From a virus: a DNA stretch of 64,000 bases. This document shows, one piece after another, positions 1 to 9,227 of the stretch (its first letter is position 1; the number at the start of each line of letters is the position of its first letter). The notes beneath the pieces are model-generated. The model was given only the letters and a program-made list of their open reading frames with translations, was not told where the DNA came from and did no database searches. The stretch lies in IMG/VR virus record IMGVR_UViG_3300020474_000993; one strand, written 5' to 3'. The translations under genes and the position numbers were made by a program.

Positions 1-51
1 CGAGGCTTTTTCACCTAAAGACATTGCCCATAGTTTCCATAATTTTTTCAT
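1..51 (-). CDS. 5' part of a small conserved T4-like hypothetical protein (MKKLWKLWAMSLGEKAS...), truncated by the window edge
   Basis: ATG at 51 just after the stop of the upstream GT; frame open to the edge; not in the ORF track. Confidence 0.6.
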   Translation of the reverse strand, partial: MKKLWKLWAMSLGEKAS

Positions 52-53
52 CT

Positions 54-866
54 TTACCTCCAATGTTCTAATAGTTTGGGGTCTGCAAGTTCGTCCTGTT
101 TGGTATGTCCTCTACTCTCATCCTCAAACGGTAATAAGTCTACATTAAATACACACAAAATACAATTGGGTCTGTATATACCCACATTCAAATCATCTTC
201 TTCCCATGAACGACCACGATTATATGAGTATGCCATATGTGATGGGAAGTAATCCCACAGTTTAGCACCATACTCTCCCCACCTCCATGAGTGGTAGTTA
301 TCGGTTCCGTCCGTATATGTGAACCATATCTTTTCTTGATTTTTTAAAACATCTTCCCATATAGGTTCACATTGGTCATCACTCCACACTTGACAACTTC
401 CATTCGTGTACGCACCATGTGCTAGTTTAAACTGTCTAGTCTGCATGGGTTTCGGGTCTTGCCACCAAGACCTCATTTTTGTTGGTTGTTCTGTATTGTA
501 AGTTAGAAGTGGTGTAATATCATTTTGAATGATTACATCCAAATCAAAGAAGATGAAGCGTCCTGTCGGCTTATCTGGGCCAAAATTGTGAGTGTTAAAG
601 ACAAAAGTTTTAGGCCTGTCCCAGCAACGAGCCATGCCATACTTAAACTCATCAGCGCCGAACCAGTATTTAGGATGGATGGAATCGATGTCTGGAAATG
701 GGATAACTTTAATATTAGGATCGAGTCCCTTATCGTTATCGGTATAACAGTAGAAATGAAAATCCATTGTCGAAGGTGTATTACGCTTAGACATGTTATA
801 AAGACGGTTAACAAAGTGCGGGCCATATTTTTCTCCCCATTTACTGCAAACTACATTAACTCGCAT
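54..866 (-). CDS. GT-A glycosyltransferase-like protein (CxKWGxKY...DLD family)
   Basis: CSKWGEKY N-terminus, CYTD, FFDLDVII DxD motif; start 866 chosen for the GGAG RBS. Confidence 0.75.
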   Translation of the reverse strand: MRVNVVCSKWGEKYGPHFVNRLYNMSKRNTPSTMDFHFYCYTDNDKGLDPNIKVIPFPDIDSIHPKYWFGADEFKYGMARCWDRPKTFVFNTHNFGPDKPTGRFIFFDLDVIIQNDITPLLTYNTEQPTKMRSWWQDPKPMQTRQFKLAHGAYTNGSCQVWSDDQCEPIWEDVLKNQEKIWFTYTDGTDNYHSWRWGEYGAKLWDYFPSHMAYSYNRGRSWEEDDLNVGIYRPNCILCVFNVDLLPFEDESRGHTKQDELADPKLLEHWR

Positions 867-3372
867 GACAATCTCCACAATTTCTAGTACAAACGCTGAG
901 GGGTTTCCTCTTCAAATGTTGACTTATATTTTCAAAGTCGTGGTTATAAATTATTTCGCCAATGTTAAATTTTGTTGCATCATTATATTTAAAATTATAT
1001 GTATAGTCAATCGGGTGATATGGAAATAGTTTGTGTTCCATAACATCCCTAGCGATGTAAGCACATGGAAAAATGTTGCCTTGTGAATTCACATAAAAGT
1101 ATTCACTTTTCCTCGCGTCACACCACACTGGTTCTTTTTCTTTCATCTTAGGTTTCTTAGTTCGCACTTCCTCTTCTTTCTTAAACCTTTTTAATGTCTC
1201 CAAACTTATTGGAATGTCACTAGCGATACTGTCACTAACCTTAGTTTCATTCTCAGTGGGTTGAGTAGGAAGTACATGTTCAACCCTATCTACAAAAGGT
1301 AGGTCTTTTATATATGCCTTGAATGTCTGTACTGTAATCGTACACCCCAATTTTTCTTTAAAATAACAACAAATTGACTCAATGTGGTCACAATTGGTTG
1401 GGTCAGTAATTTCACATATAAATGTAACCCATTGTAACTTGAAATTTTCAACCACAGTTTTGATAGATTCAAGTGTATGTTCTTTACCATTGACAAAGAT
1501 GTCGTTGAATTCATTCCCAGTATCATTTTGTTTGGTGGATAGTTGTATTAATGCACCTTCTGGATTGCCATCATCATATAATCCTGTGTATAAGTCACTA
1601 TATTGTTCTCCATGCATTTGAAAATACTTGACAAGAGTATCATTATCTTTTACATTACTTTGATTTATAACAGATATAAGTTCTTGTTTAGGCATGATGT
1701 TATACAATCGTTCAAATACTTTCTCATAATCTTCTTTGTAAAATAATTCTTTTAGGTTCTGTAGATAATATTTTTTATAGAGAGATTGCACATCCTCAGT
1801 AGATGCGTCCCAAAATACTCTTTGCATCCCATGTTCTTTAATGTTGTCCATAACATCTTTTTTGATTTGGGGTAGTGTGTTTTTATCCCACAATCTTTTG
1901 TACAACGCGAAACATTGTAGAAAACTTATATTCCAGAAATATCTAACAGGCCCAAGTTCTTTTGCTTCATCAAATGCAGTTAGGTGAGATTTGTATATGT
2001 ATCTTTGTTTATAGAGGTCATATATATCATCTGCATCTTTGTTCCAGTATAGGGACTCATCACCTTGTAGTAGCACAGGGTCATCTGGATAGTCAGCAAG
2101 AAACTTTTTGTGCATCGATATCATATCACCAGAGTCGTATAGTTCCTTGATAATCTTTCTGTGGTGTGGTTCTATTTGTCTTATAAAGATAAGGTCAGAT
2201 ATCTCCCTTTCTAATTCTGGTACATGTACCTTCACTTCAGAAATTGTACCTTTAAAATATTCATCTAATTCTGGGAAATCTTTTATCATTTTTTCTGATA
2301 AAGACTGCAAATCATTTGTTTCAATGAGTTCTTTTATATCTGATATTGTCTCTTTGTCCATATAGTTTTCTTGTAGCATACTATCTGTTAGAGATTCAAA
2401 TCCAATCCATTCTCGTAGTGTTTCAAATTCCTTTGAATATTGTTCCCAATCTTGTTTCAATTGAGGTAAATCTTTAAGAAATTTTTCTTCTAGTGTATCG
2501 TAGTCTTTGGTACGCAGAAGTTGGGATATCTTATTGGTATGTTTGTTTTTATCAAAAAAGTTTTCTGGGAACTTAGGCAACCATAGTTTTTCAAATTCTG
2601 TTTTACCATGCCAGTGTATTAATAAGTTATAGTCTCTCAACTCATGTGGTTTTAGGTTATTTTTATTCCTACCACCAATCGATGCTTCAAAGATACAAAA
2701 CTTTGAATTTTCTCTATACAGGTGTTGCGTGACATCATTGGGATGTTGTCTTCCTCTATTGTAGGAGTAAACCCAATCACTAGGTAGGAACGACCAATAG
2801 TTATCGCCTACTGCTTGATGTTCTCTATATGGGTAGTAGTTGTCGGTTCCTTTCCAAAAGGTTTTAAACACGGTGTCCTTGTGTTTCATTACATCGTTAT
2901 AAATCTTTTCCCCTTGGTCAGTACACCATAACATGACACTAGAGTTATACAATGTGCCACGCATATCTGTAAACCTTCTGTCATTGAGAACTTTTGGATT
3001 TTCCCAATTTGAATAAATCATATGTGGAGTTTTTGATAGTTCAAATATGTCATCGATGTTGTTTTGGATAATGACATCTAAATCCAGATAGCAGAAAGGG
3101 CCTTTAGTTTTTAACCAGTGGTGGGAATTTAAGACAAGAAACTTTGCTCTATCCCAACAATAGTTTTCTTGACCAAACCAGTACCGTGGATGTAGTGGTT
3201 CTACATTCGGGATAGGTCTAGTCTTTATTGATTTCTCTATTCCTTCTGGTTCGTCTGTGTAGCATATAAACTTAAACCGTTTGGAATAGTTTTGCTGAAC
3301 CATTTTGTAGAGATTGTTTACATATTCTGGGGAGTACTTGTTACCCCATTTCATGCAAAGAAAGTGCATCAT
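856..3372 (-). CDS. Fusion: glycosyltransferase + helical repeats + degenerate radical SAM/SPASM domain
   Basis: N-terminal CMKWGNKY/CYTD/YLDLDVII; C-terminus aligns with the radical SAM at 39708 but lacks CxxxCxxC. Confidence 0.7.
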   Translation of the reverse strand: MMHFLCMKWGNKYSPEYVNNLYKMVQQNYSKRFKFICYTDEPEGIEKSIKTRPIPNVEPLHPRYWFGQENYCWDRAKFLVLNSHHWLKTKGPFCYLDLDVIIQNNIDDIFELSKTPHMIYSNWENPKVLNDRRFTDMRGTLYNSSVMLWCTDQGEKIYNDVMKHKDTVFKTFWKGTDNYYPYREHQAVGDNYWSFLPSDWVYSYNRGRQHPNDVTQHLYRENSKFCIFEASIGGRNKNNLKPHELRDYNLLIHWHGKTEFEKLWLPKFPENFFDKNKHTNKISQLLRTKDYDTLEEKFLKDLPQLKQDWEQYSKEFETLREWIGFESLTDSMLQENYMDKETISDIKELIETNDLQSLSEKMIKDFPELDEYFKGTISEVKVHVPELEREISDLIFIRQIEPHHRKIIKELYDSGDMISMHKKFLADYPDDPVLLQGDESLYWNKDADDIYDLYKQRYIYKSHLTAFDEAKELGPVRYFWNISFLQCFALYKRLWDKNTLPQIKKDVMDNIKEHGMQRVFWDASTEDVQSLYKKYYLQNLKELFYKEDYEKVFERLYNIMPKQELISVINQSNVKDNDTLVKYFQMHGEQYSDLYTGLYDDGNPEGALIQLSTKQNDTGNEFNDIFVNGKEHTLESIKTVVENFKLQWVTFICEITDPTNCDHIESICCYFKEKLGCTITVQTFKAYIKDLPFVDRVEHVLPTQPTENETKVSDSIASDIPISLETLKRFKKEEEVRTKKPKMKEKEPVWCDARKSEYFYVNSQGNIFPCAYIARDVMEHKLFPYHPIDYTYNFKYNDATKFNIGEIIYNHDFENISQHLKRKPLSVCTRNCGDCHAS

Positions 3373-3994
3373 AATATTTTTTTCTCAAATCGTAATTGAC
3401 TTCATTCTGTCCATTTAATAGAACAACTGGATAATCTGGTTTTATTTGATGAGCTCTCGGTGAGGTATCTGTTTCCATGTCTACCCCAGCAAGAAATGAA
3501 TATATCAACCCCTTGGGGAATGTTCTCTTGAACATTTTTTCATCATATAAAAAGTTATCATCCTTACCTTGATATTTATGCAAGTTGTAGTCCCAGTTTT
3601 TAAAAAAGTTCTCTGTTATATAGGCGGCATTATCACAGTGCCATGCCATAACACTAGAGTTCCACATTCCACCAAAGTCTTTCCAGTAGGTTTCACATAT
3701 AGTAGGTTCATCACAGTATTCAAATAGTGGGCCAAGGTCTCCCTGTACGATTACATCTAAGTCTAAATATAAAGTTGGGCCACCGAAATTACTTTTTAGG
3801 AGTACAATTTTTTCCCAGTTTCCGATACATGTGCTGATGCGTTGGGTTAATATTCCTTGTTCTAGTCCAGAGTTGTCATCTGTGCGACACCAGAAGTTGC
3901 CGCCTCGTAGATAAGGTTTACACATATTATAAATAGTGTTTACATCATTGGAAGAGTATTTGTTTCCGTATTTTAGTGTAACAATAGATCTCAT
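3341..3994 (-). CDS. GT-A glycosyltransferase-like protein
   Basis: TLKYGNKY, CRTD, YLDLDVIV, WNSSVM; start at 3994 avoids overlap with the divergent gene. Confidence 0.7.
   Translation of the reverse strand: MRSIVTLKYGNKYSSNDVNTIYNMCKPYLRGGNFWCRTDDNSGLEQGILTQRISTCIGNWEKIVLLKSNFGGPTLYLDLDVIVQGDLGPLFEYCDEPTICETYWKDFGGMWNSSVMAWHCDNAAYITENFFKNWDYNLHKYQGKDDNFLYDEKMFKRTFPKGLIYSFLAGVDMETDTSPRAHQIKPDYPVVLLNGQNEVNYDLRKKYYDALSLHEMG
3928..3935 (+). promoter_or_regulatory. T4-type late promoter TATAAATA for the 4016 gene, embedded in the opposite-strand GT
   Basis: Exact gp55 consensus about 80 nt upstream of the ATG. Confidence 0.55.
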
Positions 3995-4015
3995 AAATTT
4001 AAAGGTATATATTCC

Positions 4016-4351
4016 ATGGCAAAAAAAGTAATCAAAAATATAACCATAGACCAAGGTTCTACTTTCAGCGATACCATTACTGTTACAACAGATGGTTCAA
4101 CTGTTAAAAACCTTACTGGCTATACAACAACATCACAGTTTAGAAAAAGCTATGACAGTACTACTTATACAAGTTTTACAACCGCTCAAGTGGACGCTAC
4201 TGGAGTTATAACCTTATCTCTTACTGCAACACAAACCACCGCACTCAAGTCTGGTAGGTATGTGTATGATGTAGAGATTGCTAACTCTCCCGAAGTATTG
4301 AGAGTACAGGAAGGTATCATTACGGTATCCCCACAAGTAACAAAATCATAA
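4016..4351 (+). CDS. Conserved small virion structural protein (beta-rich)
   Basis: IDQGSTF...GRYVYDVE...EG.ITVSP.VT pattern typical of T4-like marine phage virion proteins. Confidence 0.6.
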   Translation: MAKKVIKNITIDQGSTFSDTITVTTDGSTVKNLTGYTTTSQFRKSYDSTTYTSFTTAQVDATGVITLSLTATQTTALKSGRYVYDVEIANSPEVLRVQEGIITVSPQVTKS

Positions 4352-4361
4352 GGAAAAGGAA

Positions 4362-4511
4362 GTGAGCAATATTAGAGATTGGCGTGTTAAACAACAAGAC
4401 ATGACTGAGTTAAACGGAGATGGCAATAGAGACAGGGGTAGGTATGGGGAAGATGAACCCAAACAAATCCAAGAAGATAAGCCTGTCTCGGAAGCCAAAA
4501 AGGAAAAATAA
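4362..4511 (+). CDS. Small hypothetical protein, 49 aa (MSNIRDWRVKQQDMTELNGDGNRDRGRYGEDE...)
   Basis: GTG start after AAGGA; TAA overlaps the next ATG; fills the gap exactly. Confidence 0.55.
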   Translation: MSNIRDWRVKQQDMTELNGDGNRDRGRYGEDEPKQIQEDKPVSEAKKEK

Positions 4512-6025
4512 TGGATGAGTTGACTAAACTTTTTGAGGCAATTGCAAAAGAGAAAACAAGGACTCTTGATTTGCAAAAAGAAGAAGTCCTCAAGCAAGTT
4601 AAAAAAACTGAAAAGAAAAACGCCCATCGTTCCAAAGTAAAAGAAGACTTTTGGGGGGTGTTTAAGAGCGAACTCAAAAAACTTTCCGAAGAAGAAGAAC
4701 AAAATAAAAATAAGTTAGAAAAGTTAGAGGAAATCAGAGATGAGTTCAAAGATGTAACTCCAATATTATATAAAGAAGAGGTTGAAGAAGAACAAAAATC
4801 AGTTGCTCCCGACTTCCTTGTAGACATCGACCCACAAAAAATGGCAAATGAGTTTGATATTACTCCAGTTAGTAAGATATCAGAAGTGATTATGCCATAC
4901 TCAAAAGAACCATATCAATTAAAAGACCATCCCACGGAACTCATTGAACAACCAGAGGACAATCAAGACCCAGACATTTTTGCCTTAGAGTCAAAAGTTA
5001 ATGAGTTAGAAATGAAGTATGCTGGTGCGGTAGAAGAAATAGAAGAGATAACGGAAGAAGCGCAACCAGAGACATTTAATGTAACTAAAGATGCTTACAG
5101 TGCGGTTATGGATGTTCTTAGTCTCAGACCTGTAGAGAAGAAAGACAAGGATGAAAGACAACTACAAGAACTTGCTGTACAATATCTTGCTGAGAAAAAA
5201 CAAGTTGTACAGGAACAGGTTGATGAAACCGCAAGTGTTCAAAAACAAATAGCAGATATCAATGCGAATATACGACAATTAATATTGGGTATGCAAGGTA
5301 TCGGTGGCGGTGGTGAGGTTCGACTAGAACGCTTAGATGATGTTGACCGTTCATCCGCTACAACAGACGGTAGGTTCCTACGATATAGTTCTTCCACTAA
5401 GAAGTGGGAAGGTGTTGCAATTGATACTGGTGACCAAGCTGCAATCCTAGATAATTCTGGAACACCATCACTTGCAACAGGTGTGACTGCATCTGAAATT
5501 AGAACATTAATTGACGCCCAACAATCTGGTTCTTATGTAACCCTTAGTGGATTGTCTGTGGGTAGTGAAGCATCCGCATCTGGTGATGGTGGGATAGCAT
5601 ATAATAATAGTACTGGTGTATTTACATACACACCACCAGATTTATCTACGAAGGCAAACCTTGCTAGTCCAGCGCTTACTGGTAACCCAACTGCGCCGAC
5701 ACAATCTGCAAGTGATAACAGTACGAAGATTGCTACAACTGCCTATGCTGATACAGCAGTTGCGAACATTGTTGATTCATCACCGGCAGCTTTAAATACT
5801 CTGAATGAACTTGCAGCTGCTTTGGGAGATGATGAAAACTTCTCTACTACAGTTACAAATAGTATTGCTACTAAAGCACCGTTGGCTAATCCAGTATTAA
5901 CAGGAACACCAGCTGCTCCAACCGCTTCAACAGGTACTAACACAACACAGATTGCTACTACAGCATTTGTAAAACAAGAGATAGACGCTCTCAAAGCCTT
6001 ACTATACGCTTACGACCAATCCTAA
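4511..6025 (+). CDS. Fibre/whisker-like structural protein
   Basis: Acidic coiled coil, GGGGEVRLERLDDVD motif, two KA.LA.P.LTG.P.APT tail-fibre repeats and PAALNTLNELAAALG; wac-like position before gp13. Confidence 0.65.
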   Translation: MDELTKLFEAIAKEKTRTLDLQKEEVLKQVKKTEKKNAHRSKVKEDFWGVFKSELKKLSEEEEQNKNKLEKLEEIRDEFKDVTPILYKEEVEEEQKSVAPDFLVDIDPQKMANEFDITPVSKISEVIMPYSKEPYQLKDHPTELIEQPEDNQDPDIFALESKVNELEMKYAGAVEEIEEITEEAQPETFNVTKDAYSAVMDVLSLRPVEKKDKDERQLQELAVQYLAEKKQVVQEQVDETASVQKQIADINANIRQLILGMQGIGGGGEVRLERLDDVDRSSATTDGRFLRYSSSTKKWEGVAIDTGDQAAILDNSGTPSLATGVTASEIRTLIDAQQSGSYVTLSGLSVGSEASASGDGGIAYNNSTGVFTYTPPDLSTKANLASPALTGNPTAPTQSASDNSTKIATTAYADTAVANIVDSSPAALNTLNELAAALGDDENFSTTVTNSIATKAPLANPVLTGTPAAPTASTGTNTTQIATTAFVKQEIDALKALLYAYDQS

Positions 6026-6029
6026 GTCT

Positions 6030-6037
6030 TATAAATA
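6030..6037 (+). promoter_or_regulatory. Late promoter TATAAATA
   Basis: Consensus upstream of gp13. Confidence 0.8.
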
Positions 6038-6072
6038 GTCAAAGTATTAAAACTATTTAAATAGGGGTTCAC

Positions 6073-7029
6073 ATGGCTTTATCCACAAGACAAGGACTCA
6101 TCGACTATTGTTTACGAAGGTTAGGACACCCTGTAATAGAAATCAATGTCGATGAAGACCAAATATCAGATAGAATCGATGATGCCTTTCAACATTGGAA
6201 CGAATATCATTTCGATGGTGTAGAAAGGGCATATGTCAAACACAAGTTAACTGGGTCTACCTTAACTTTAACAGGTAGCGCAACCTTCACATCGGGTGAA
6301 ACAATTACTGGTGGAACTTCTGGTGCAAAATCAACAGTCCACTCATCAAGTTCTGGAACTTCAGTAGTTTATGAAAGAACAAGTACTGCTGAAGTATTTG
6401 AAGCGAACGAAACAATTACAGGTTCGGACTCTGGAACAACTGCAACTATTCAAAGTATATCTAAAGGTGATATAGAAAACGGTTATATACCAATAGGCAA
6501 TGATATTCTAAATGTTGTTAGGGTTTTCAAATTTGGTGCATTGATAGGCAGTAAATCAGATGGATTATTTGATGTGGACTATCAGTTTGCAATGAATGAT
6601 TTATATAATCTACTATCTGCTGATATAACATACTACGCTATGGTCAAGACTCACATGAATTTATTAGAAAGTATATTTAGAAATGAGAGACCAATTAGAT
6701 TCAACAGAAAAACTAATAGATTATATCTGGACACAGATATGGACGCGACCTTTAATATAGATAACTATATTGTTGCGGAAGCATATGCTATATTAGACCC
6801 CACTACATACACCGAAGTGTATGATGATATGTTCTTGAAAAGATATGCCACTGCTCTTATTAAAAGACAGTGGGGTGAGAACATGAAAAAGTTTGGGGGT
6901 ATCGCGTTGCCGGGCGGAGTAACACTTAACGGTGACCAAATATACGGAGAAGCAATCAATGAAGTTGCAGTCATAGAAGATGAAATGCAATTAAAATATG
7001 AATTGCCACCTATGATGATGACAGGGTAA
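6073..7029 (+). CDS. gp13: Neck protein gp13
   Basis: YCLRRLGHPVIEINV, KRQWGENMKKFGG.LPGGVTLNG; synteny. Confidence 0.92.
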   Translation: MALSTRQGLIDYCLRRLGHPVIEINVDEDQISDRIDDAFQHWNEYHFDGVERAYVKHKLTGSTLTLTGSATFTSGETITGGTSGAKSTVHSSSSGTSVVYERTSTAEVFEANETITGSDSGTTATIQSISKGDIENGYIPIGNDILNVVRVFKFGALIGSKSDGLFDVDYQFAMNDLYNLLSADITYYAMVKTHMNLLESIFRNERPIRFNRKTNRLYLDTDMDATFNIDNYIVAEAYAILDPTTYTEVYDDMFLKRYATALIKRQWGENMKKFGGIALPGGVTLNGDQIYGEAINEVAVIEDEMQLKYELPPMMMTG

Positions 7030-7033
7030 GTCA

Positions 7034-7786
7034 ATGGCTACGAATGTTTATTTCCAATCAGGCAATACCAGTGGTACTACTAACGAACAGCGTCTAGTAG
7101 AAGACTTGGTTATTGAAAGTCTAAAGATATATGGACACGATGTTCATTATATGCCTAGGACTTTGGTAAACAGGGATACAATTTTTGATGAAGATGAATT
7201 ATCCAAGTTCACACAACAATACCCCCTTGAAATGTACATGGAGAATGTCGAAGGATATGAAGGAGAGGGTGAACTATTTACCAGATTTGGTATAGAAATT
7301 AGAGACCAAGCAACTTTTATCCTATCTAAAAGACGATGGGAACAAATGGTTGACCGAGAAAAAGATAGTGGTGGCACTTTTCAGTTAGACGCGAGACCAG
7401 CAGAGGGTGATTTGTTGTACTTCCCCAAGACAAAATCTTTATTTGAGATTAAACTTGTGGAGTTTCAAAATCCTTTTTACCAGTTAGGAAAAATTTATAC
7501 TTTTAGGATGCAATGCGAACTCTTTGAATACAGTTCAGAAAGACTTGATACTGGTGATACGGATATTGATGGAATCGAAGACTTACAAAGTCTTGACATT
7601 CTACAGTTCCAGTTCCAATTAGAAAACGGAGACTTGCTGAAACAAGAAAATAATGACACTCTGATACTAGAAAGTTTCCAAACTAGTAGGGGTAATACTG
7701 GTGTAGATAATGCAGACTTTGATGCATGGCAAACTGCATCTAATATACTTGACTTTACGGAGTCTAATCCATTCGGTGAAATATAA
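7034..7786 (+). CDS. gp14: Neck protein gp14
   Basis: ESLKIYGHDV.YMPR, PFYQLGK.Y, CELFEYS; synteny. Confidence 0.92.
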   Translation: MATNVYFQSGNTSGTTNEQRLVEDLVIESLKIYGHDVHYMPRTLVNRDTIFDEDELSKFTQQYPLEMYMENVEGYEGEGELFTRFGIEIRDQATFILSKRRWEQMVDREKDSGGTFQLDARPAEGDLLYFPKTKSLFEIKLVEFQNPFYQLGKIYTFRMQCELFEYSSERLDTGDTDIDGIEDLQSLDILQFQFQLENGDLLKQENNDTLILESFQTSRGNTGVDNADFDAWQTASNILDFTESNPFGEI

Positions 7787-8781
7787 TGTTTAAAAATAAA
7801 CAATTTTATAATCAACATACACGCAAAGCTATTATTGCATTTGGTACTATCTTTAATAATATCCAAATAAATAGAGTTAATGCTGGTGGTGTTACTGAAC
7901 AAGTTATTCGGGTTCCTCTTTCATATTCTACAAAACAAAAGTTTCTGACTAGGATTGAGGCAATTCCAGATACGGAATCTCGTGGAGAGGTTGCAATTAG
8001 TTTGCCTCGCATGGGGTTTGAAATTGTAGGATTCCAATATGACCCATCAAGAAAGGTCTCACCCATACAAAAAAACATAACTACTAGTGGTGCAGAAACC
8101 AATTCATATAAAACAAGTTTCGTATCTACACCATATGATATGAATATGTCTTTGTATGTTTTTGCAAAGAACCAAGAGGATGCCTTACAAATAGTAGAAC
8201 AAGTGTTCCCATACTTCAACCCAGATTTTAATGTGACTATAAATGATTTGCCTGAGTTGGGTATAAAAAGAGATATCAAAATAACTTTGGATAGTGTTAG
8301 TTATGAAGATACCTTTGAAGGTGCATTTGCAGACAGACAAGCTATTAACTGGACACTTAACTTTACAATGAAATTAAATTATTATGGATTTGTAGATAAA
8401 CAATCATTTATCAAAAAAGCAATAGCACAAACATATGAGAATAATGACTTTCTAGGGCCTAGAGTTCAACAGTCGTTCTCAGTTGGGACTACACTACCAA
8501 CCGCAACCGCTACAATAGGTAGTGGTTCGGTAACAGATTTTACTATAACATATGGTGGAGCGGGATATACTAGTCCACCTAACATTACTCTTACTGGTAA
8601 CGCGAGGGCACATGCCGAGATTACTAATGGAGAAGTAACAAGTATTGTTATAGATGATGCTGGGAGTGGTTATTCAGAAGCACCTACTGTGACATTTGAA
8701 GAACCACCTAATTATAATGCAGACCCCTATAAGGATGACCCATATAGGTTCGTGGAGGAGTTTGACCAAACTTATGTATAA
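7786..8781 (+). CDS. gp15: Tail terminator/sheath stabiliser gp15 with C-terminal beta-rich extension
   Basis: AFGTIFNNI, LPRMGFE, QIVEQVFPYFNP. Confidence 0.9.
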   Translation: MFKNKQFYNQHTRKAIIAFGTIFNNIQINRVNAGGVTEQVIRVPLSYSTKQKFLTRIEAIPDTESRGEVAISLPRMGFEIVGFQYDPSRKVSPIQKNITTSGAETNSYKTSFVSTPYDMNMSLYVFAKNQEDALQIVEQVFPYFNPDFNVTINDLPELGIKRDIKITLDSVSYEDTFEGAFADRQAINWTLNFTMKLNYYGFVDKQSFIKKAIAQTYENNDFLGPRVQQSFSVGTTLPTATATIGSGSVTDFTITYGGAGYTSPPNITLTGNARAHAEITNGEVTSIVIDDAGSGYSEAPTVTFEEPPNYNADPYKDDPYRFVEEFDQTYV

Positions 8782-8783
8782 CT

Positions 8784-9227
8784 ATGCCAAAAAATAAAGT
8801 ATTTGATGCACTCGATAAAACATTCAACACCGTAACTACAGAAATTGCTGAAAAAAAAGGTGGGGCTATCGCTGTGCCCGATAAAGAAGAAGAAAAACTA
8901 GACAAGGACTTTGAGGAAGCAAGAAACCTTTTAAAGCGTTCTGCTGAGTACGCGGAAGAAGCCGCTCAAGGTATCTTGCATGTCGCTACCAATAGTGACA
9001 ACCCTCGTGCCTATGAAGTTGCTGGACAAATCATCAAGACTATGGGTGAACAAGCTAAAGACATGATGGAAGTCCAAGAGAAGAAACATCGAATTGAAAA
9101 AAATTCGGATGCACCCAAGACTATTAGTAAGACAACTAACAACCTAGTATTCACTGGAACAACTTCAGAACTTATGAAACAATTGAAAGCAGAGAACGAA
9201 AAAATTATAGACCATGAGCAAGATTGA
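8784..9227 (+). CDS. gp16: Terminase small subunit gp16
   Basis: PRAYEVAGQ, NNLVFTGTTSEL; synteny. Confidence 0.9.
   Translation: MPKNKVFDALDKTFNTVTTEIAEKKGGAIAVPDKEEEKLDKDFEEARNLLKRSAEYAEEAAQGILHVATNSDNPRAYEVAGQIIKTMGEQAKDMMEVQEKKHRIEKNSDAPKTISKTTNNLVFTGTTSELMKQLKAENEKIIDHEQD

Noticed and set aside
525-2365. Plus-strand ORFs inside the GT cluster
   Set aside because: Antisense shadows of the minus-strand GT genes
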